Assembly (NCBI RefSeq): GCF_006345805.1
Contig: NW_021835493.1
Span: forward strand, 1-39,809
Length of the DNA stretch: 39,809 nucleotides
Source of the DNA: Octopus sinensis
Taxonomy: Eukaryota
Reading direction: 5' to 3'
Shown here: positions 33,833-39,809 of the stretch, piece by piece
How positions within the stretch are numbered: position 1 is the first letter of the stretch
Layout of the letters: every line of letters begins with the position of its first letter
Made by a program: the position numbers and the translations under genes
The notes under the pieces: model-generated
The model's input: only the letters and a program-made list of their open reading frames with translations
The model's database searches: none
Told to the model about the DNA's origin: nothing

Positions 33833-34685
33833 GACACACACACACACACACACACACATACACACACACACACACACACACGCACCACACCATATATATA
33901 CACAAAGACACATATAAACGTAACACGGCACACATACATATGCAAGCGAAAATTACACAGACACGTATGGATACACAACCTCACAAACACAAGTGCATAC
34001 ACGCGTACATACACACATATAGATACACACAGTAAACACACACATGTAAAAACACACACACACACACACATGAGCACACTTATTAAGATACACACACACG
34101 CAAGCACACTTATTAAGACACACAGACAGACGCATACACAGCGACATCCGTACACAGCAATCGTTTTAGAATAGAAATACGAGACACATATTTTACAAAT
34201 ATTTTCCATAGTTAAAAGTAAAACTCATTTCTTGCTTAGCTGATTCCTCGCTTCCACGTCAATTAACAAACGAGATTTTGTCGAATGCGAATCTAAAGTT
34301 ACCGACGACCGACTTGAATGATCAACGAGGAACAAGTCGTCTTACTCAACGCGAAACTCTCCGATTCACTCATCTTCTTTATTTGACTTTATTTCATTCT
34401 TATTCTTTACACACTCACAATTTGTTATCTCTCCGTAAACATTCAATTACTGGCTAGCAGTGTGTGTGTGTGTGTGTGTGAACGTTTGTGTGTGTGAACG
34501 TGTGTGTGTGTGAACGTGTGTGTGTGTATAAATATATCAACACACACACACACATACAAACATACACACACACACATATATATATATATATGTTTGCATA
34601 TATATATGTATATATATTTGTATATATATTTATATATACATATTTGTATATATATTTGTATATATATTTTAAAATATTATACATA

Positions 34686-34719
<34 letters not shown>

Positions 34720-35476
34720 TATAGATTATATATATATATATATATATAATGTATGTTATATATATCAAATATATATATATATATAGTATATATATTCATA
34801 CATTATATATGTGTATATATATTCATATATGGATGTGTGGATAAGTATGCATATGTATTCAGAAATGCGTGTACACACACACTCACACACACACACTCAC
34901 ACACACACACTCACACACACACACACACACAAACACTTATATATAAATAAATATGTGTAAGTTTTTTGAAGCTTTTTTTTTCTTTTGTTGTTTTTCGAAT
35001 AAAACAATTATTGTCTATGATCACAATTATTCACACGCATTTAGACACGCGTGTGCACACAGACACACAGACACAGACACACACACACACACACACACGA
35101 TCACGTATACTCATGTGTAAGTACACATAAGTGTAGTATATGTTCCTATATATACCTACGCACACACACACACCACATACACACACATACATATACATAG
35201 ATGTGTATATGTGTGTATGTATCTGTGCATACATACATAGGCACGCCCTTCTCTCTATTTCTGCCCCGGTCTCTCTCTCTCTCACTCTCTTTCTCTCTCT
35301 CTCTACACACACACACTCATATATTTACTTGTATATGGTTGTGTATGTGCCTGTGTAACACAGCACAATAGACGTATTTATCACACGCTTATCGTGAAAC
35401 TCGTATGTATATTTGTATATTTGTTGTGCATATATACATATATACATATTATATATATATATATAATATATATATA

Positions 35477-35508
<32 letters not shown>

Positions 35509-35690
35509 GATATATATATATATAGTATATATTGTTGTGTATGTGGTGTGTACGCACATAAACATATACATAGATGTTTACTCTAATATATACATATATG
35601 TATGCATGCATGTATGTATGTATGTATGTGTGTGTATGAGTGTGTTTGTGCGTGTGTTTGTACGTGTGTTTGTGTGTGTATGCATATCTA
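33833..35690. repeat. CA/TG/TA/TC microsatellite block
   Basis: Direct read. Confidence 0.88.
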
Positions 35691-35989
35691 TGTTTAGGTC
35701 AAAAGTTCCTCTGTATGGAATTTCCTCGTTGCGGCATCTCCCAGGTACTCCAGGTCGTTTATCATATTGAGTGTGTTAAGAATCAATCGTGAAACACTGA
35801 ACCTTGTAATGACTCTATAATTTCCAAACCTCTGCAAGACATTGATGAAATAGCTCTGATAATTATACGTATATAGCTACATACACACACACACACACAC
35901 ACTGAAAGATACAAGCATACGAACACACGCACACATACCTACATATTACTGGCAATTATTATTACTATTATCATTATTAACATTAACAT

Positions 35990-36940
35990 TATTGTTAATC
36001 TGAAAGATAGTTCTTAATTACCGGTTGTTCTTTACTTGAAATCAGGCAACAAGTCACCAAAGGTTTCAAGTATTGCCTTCTCCTGTGACTCAAAGAGACA
36101 ATACTCTCCTTAGAATGCGAGCTGTACTCAACAATACTGTCTTCTGGATGACTTCGAGCTTGACAGCAGCTCCTGTATTCTTAATATATTTTTCAAAGCC
36201 CTTGGAAACTGCTCCTAATGCTCCAATTACCACCGGCATCACCATTACTTTCCTCATGCCCCAGAACTTTCCTATCTCGTTCCATAGTGGCTAGTATTTC
36301 TCAATCTTTTCTCTTTCCTTACCTTTCATCTTCGAATCGCCTGGTATTGCAATGTCTATTATCTTTGCTTCTTTTTCATCTTTATGGATGATCACAGTAT
36401 CTGGACGTCTCGCCTCTGTGACTTGGTCGCACTGCAGGTTAAAATCCCAGATTATTTTGTAATGTTCGTTTTCCGTTACTCCCTCTGGCTTGTATTCATA
36501 CCATTGTTCGGCTCTCTCGAGGTTTGCTTTACCACACAACAGCCAGTGAGCATACCTGGTCACATTGTCTTCTTTTGTATTCACATTGTGCGAGCTTACA
36601 GCACACAATAACAACATGGCTTATACTTTCTTCCTTCTCAGAGCACATCCTACACTGTAGCGTGTCTGTGCTTTTATCAATGGGATATTTGGAGTAGTTT
36701 GTTCTAACTTGTTTTTGAGCGTTGCACACAAATGCCTCAGGGGACACCTTTAAGTCTCCTTTCTGAAGCTTGAGTTCCACTCATGCCATCGCCAAATGTT
36801 TGTGTCTCTTCTTGCAGTCAGCCAGGATAGTCTTATCGATTAGTAATCGATCCTTCGTTCCTCTGCTCTTACGTCTGCACGCTTTTTTGTTCCACTGGTA
36901 GTAGGCCGTCCTCATCTAGGTACTTATAGATGCTGTATCA
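35990..36940 (-). mobile_element. Third R4/Dong-type LINE family, with a large internal deletion
   Basis: [43 protein letters not shown] (early RT) joined directly to LQKGDLKV..CRMCSEKEESISHV, WYEYKPEGVTENEHYKIIWDF..RRPDTVII..IIDIAIPGD..EKIEKY, VIGALGAV..TVLLSTARILRRVL; 3' flank is degenerate (TAA)n. Confidence 0.9.
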
Positions 36941-36944
36941 TATG

Positions 36945-37200
36945 ATGCCCGTCAGGGCGTGTCCGGATGTGGCCAATCAGTCCGATGGCTGCTCGGAAGT
37001 CTCTGTCACAGGTCGCCTGGACCTGAAGGTAACGAGTTGGCTCTGGACTTGCGTAGTTTTTGTTTTCTTTCTGCCCATGCAAACCTGTTCTGACGAAGTG
37101 GCACCTCTGTTGGTGTCACTTCGTCAGGCAGAACAGTCTTGTGCTTGCGTTTCCTTGGTGTCGAGGTTGATCTCAAAACTCTCCAGTGATACTTTAAATG
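36945..37200 (-). mobile_element. RTE-clade LINE C-terminal fragment
   Basis: ...QNRFAWAERKQKLRK...TCDRDFRAAIGLIGHIRT matches the C-terminal C2H2-like motif (CxxCxRxFRAxIGLxSHxRTH) typical of RTE ORFs. Confidence 0.7.
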
Positions 37201-37214
37201 TATCTTTTTTCGGT

Positions 37215-37383
37215 CAACCTTGATTATATCGACCCCAGTGGGTAACTGGTACTTATTTAATCGACCCCAAAAGGATGAAAGGCAAAGTGGATCTTGGCGG
37301 AATTTGAACACAGAACGTAGTGGCAGACGAAATACCGCTAAGCATTTCGTCCAGCGTGCTAACGATTCTGCCATCTCGCCGCC
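37215..37383 (-). mobile_element. tRNA-derived SINE family A, 3' truncated or variant
   Basis: Reverse complement of the family A head and central body. Confidence 0.88.
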
Positions 37384-37609
37384 TTTGGGATTAACGATGA
37401 ACACAACAATGCCATTAGTTACCACTGTTATTACCCAGATTCCCTATTAAATTCTAATCTAATCCCTATTCTTATTTAACTTAAAACCCCCTTCAGCTCC
37501 CATTCAGCTCCCGATTACTTCTATCCGACATGAAAAGTAATCATTATGGTCAACTATCACAGCATTATTGTGGACGAATCAACGATCCGGCCTCTGGGCG
37601 GTCAGTGTT

Positions 37610-37735
37610 ATGGCAAAAGAGATCGATAGAATAAGTACCAAGCTTAAAAAGAAGTAGTAATGTCGATTCGTTCGACTATAACCCCTTCAGGAAGTGCCCC
37701 AGCATGGCCACACTCTAATCTGAAACAAGTAAAAC
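37610..37735 (+). mobile_element. 3' remnant of a family C-related SINE
   Basis: GGCAAAAGAGATCGATAGAATAAGTAC...GCCCCAGCATGGCC...CTGAAACAAGTAAAA matches the tail of 31173-31581. Confidence 0.7.
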
Positions 37736-37820
37736 AGAAGGGATATAAAAGACACATCATGAATATCTCTAACAACAGTACTTCTGAACTAGTGATGACC
37801 TGCGGTTAACCAAGAGAATA

Positions 37821-37861
<41 letters not shown>

Positions 37862-38179
37862 AGGCGTAGGGGGCGTGATAGATGGTGTATACGTTATGTG
37901 TATATATGAGTTTGAAAACTGTATACATCAGTGAGGCGTGTGTTGTTGAAGCTGCAGGTATGTCTGCTTGTGTACACCATTGAGTATATATCTTTATTGT
38001 GGTGTGTGTGTGTGTGTGTGTGTTAGGGAACAGGCAAGCTTTGTTTCACCAGAAGAAAATATCTGCAGATAAAAAAAAAAAACAAAAAAACGAAAATTCA
38101 TCTGTAAGAGAAAGGTAATTCAGAGATGTATATGAGGCGATGTATATAAAAATATGTATGATTGTATAATGTATGCTTT

Positions 38180-38221
<42 letters not shown>

Positions 38222-38262
38222 CGCATGCATCCATACATGAAAAGACACACAATCATACATGT

Positions 38263-38293
<31 letters not shown>

Positions 38294-38454
38294 AGTATAT
38301 ACACATTCATACATATGTTTGTGTGTATAATATATTACATTAATATTTCTAAGTCGTGCGAGGACCGACAGCACTTTTCATTATATATACAAAAATATTA
38401 TAAACAACAGCTGCAACTGACATTACGCGCGCGCACACACACACACACACATAC

Positions 38455-38467
38455 GTTATTATCATTA

Positions 38468-38534
<67 letters not shown>

Positions 38535-38665
38535 TTATTTTATTATATTATTATTATTATTATTATTATTATATTATTTATTTTATTATTATTATTATTA
38601 TATTATTATTATATGATTATTATTATTATATTATTATTATTATTATATTATTATTATTACTACTA
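38455..38665. repeat. (ATT)n microsatellite
   Basis: Direct read. Confidence 0.95.
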
Positions 38666-38929
38666 CGTACCCTTTGTGTAGTACTTGTTGTTGCCGTTCT
38701 TGTTTCTGCTATTATTTCGAAGATGCTGAATTAGCAGAAACGCTACCCGCCTTCGTCTAAAACACGGCCTGTTTGTTGTGTTGGTGTTGTTTTCATCTCT
38801 CATCTTACCATTGTTATTTCTTTGAAAGAATCTCGATTCGGTGAGAAAAGAAATATTACTGGTAGCCGGCGGGTGACACTATCTACCTGGCGGAGGTCAC
38901 TGACAAATCATCTGATGAGATTTACCTGT

Positions 38930-39480
38930 AGTTAACTGACTAAAAGTTAGCTATAGCGTTTAGCTTGTGATAAGTCACGTGTGGTCCTTCACCTGTCACT
39001 AATTGTCTAAACTTCACCTGGTTGTATTTACCCAGTGGTAACTGACTGTAGGAAAATTGGTGAGTGATTGAATGTCGACTGGCAGTAATTCTTTGTAGGT
39101 AAGTTGGTAATTACCTGATGGTGGTTGCATAATTCTAATAACATGTCATTGAAAGTAACTGTTTGATAAACTGACGTGAGTGACCGTTGATGATTGACTG
39201 ATAAAAGCCAATTTACCGTCATTAATTGACTAATGGTCATTAGTCATTGACGTATGACAATTGATTTATTTCAATAGATCAATTGTAATACACAAAAGAC
39301 TGCCTAATGTCGTTGGTTGATTAATGATGATTGATTTTAGGTATTGATTAATGCTGATTGATTTTAGGTAACTGGTTGTCAGTAGTCGTGTACAATAAAT
39401 TGTGACTCACTGATGGAATACTAGTGTTGATCATCGAATGATGGTGGCGATTGATTATCGGTGCCTGATCAGTGTTGGCA
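38930..39480. repeat. Cryptic (TGAC/TGAT)-rich low-complexity region with a 27 bp tandem duplication at 39317-39370
   Basis: TTGATTAATG(A/C)TGATTGATTTTAGGTA occurs twice. Confidence 0.6.
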
Positions 39481-39649
39481 ATCATATTCAGTTCTTGTAT
39501 TCGCCTGTTAGTCATTCACAGATTGCGATTTTTTTCTACGACAGATTTTGAGTAATCAGTCCCCTAAAATCATTATCTCTATCCCTACACAAATTAAGAC
39601 TTACGGTCAAATAAATGGAGAAAAAAATACTAATTTCGATGTTTATATG

Positions 39650-39809
39650 TCAGCATACTGGGAAAAATACTTAGCGGCATTTCGTCCGTCTTCACGTTCT
39701 GAGTTCAAATTCTGCCGAGGTCGAATTTGCCTTTCATCCTTTCGGGGTTGATAAAATAAGTACTATTTGAATACTGGGATCGATCTAATCGAATTCCCCC
39801 TACACCCGA
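39650..39809 (+). mobile_element. tRNA-derived SINE family A, diverged, runs off the window end
   Basis: CGTTCTGAGTTCAAATTCTGCCGAGGTCGAATTTGCCTTTCATCCTTTCGGGG. Confidence 0.85.

Noticed and set aside
38872-38882. GGTGACACTAT, part of the SP6 promoter
   Set aside because: An 11 nt partial match with no other vector sequence; chance.

Overview
AT-rich, microsatellite-saturated animal genomic DNA, most likely an octopus (inferred from the tRNA-derived/CORE SINE families and repeat style; not database-confirmed). I find no intact protein-coding gene, rRNA, functional tRNA or CRISPR array. The window is intronic or intergenic and is built from: (i) at least four tRNA-derived SINE families, with several copies carrying clear 14-22 bp target-site duplications (TSDs); (ii) four decayed R4/Dong-type (restriction-like endonuclease, RLE) LINE copies, three ending in (TAA)n-type tracts; (iii) a 3.5 kb 5'-truncated Tx1/L1-type LINE flanked by (ATCT)n; (iv) RTE and CR1-like relics; (v) an internally deleted Tc1/mariner element; (vi) several fold-back structures. 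Almost all ORFs in the supplied track are microsatellite or SINE read-through artefacts. The best leads are a Penelope-type minimal hammerhead ribozyme motif (31686-31766, minus), a ~555 bp non-coding element embedded in the (TAA)n/R4 array with U1/U2 snRNA-like words (7449-8003), a SINE with interchangeable 3' tails, and apparent microsatellite targeting by two LINE clades. A few candidate host exons are listed at low confidence. Coordinates were read by hand; element edges are approximate (about +/-10 bp unless a TSD or TIR fixes them).
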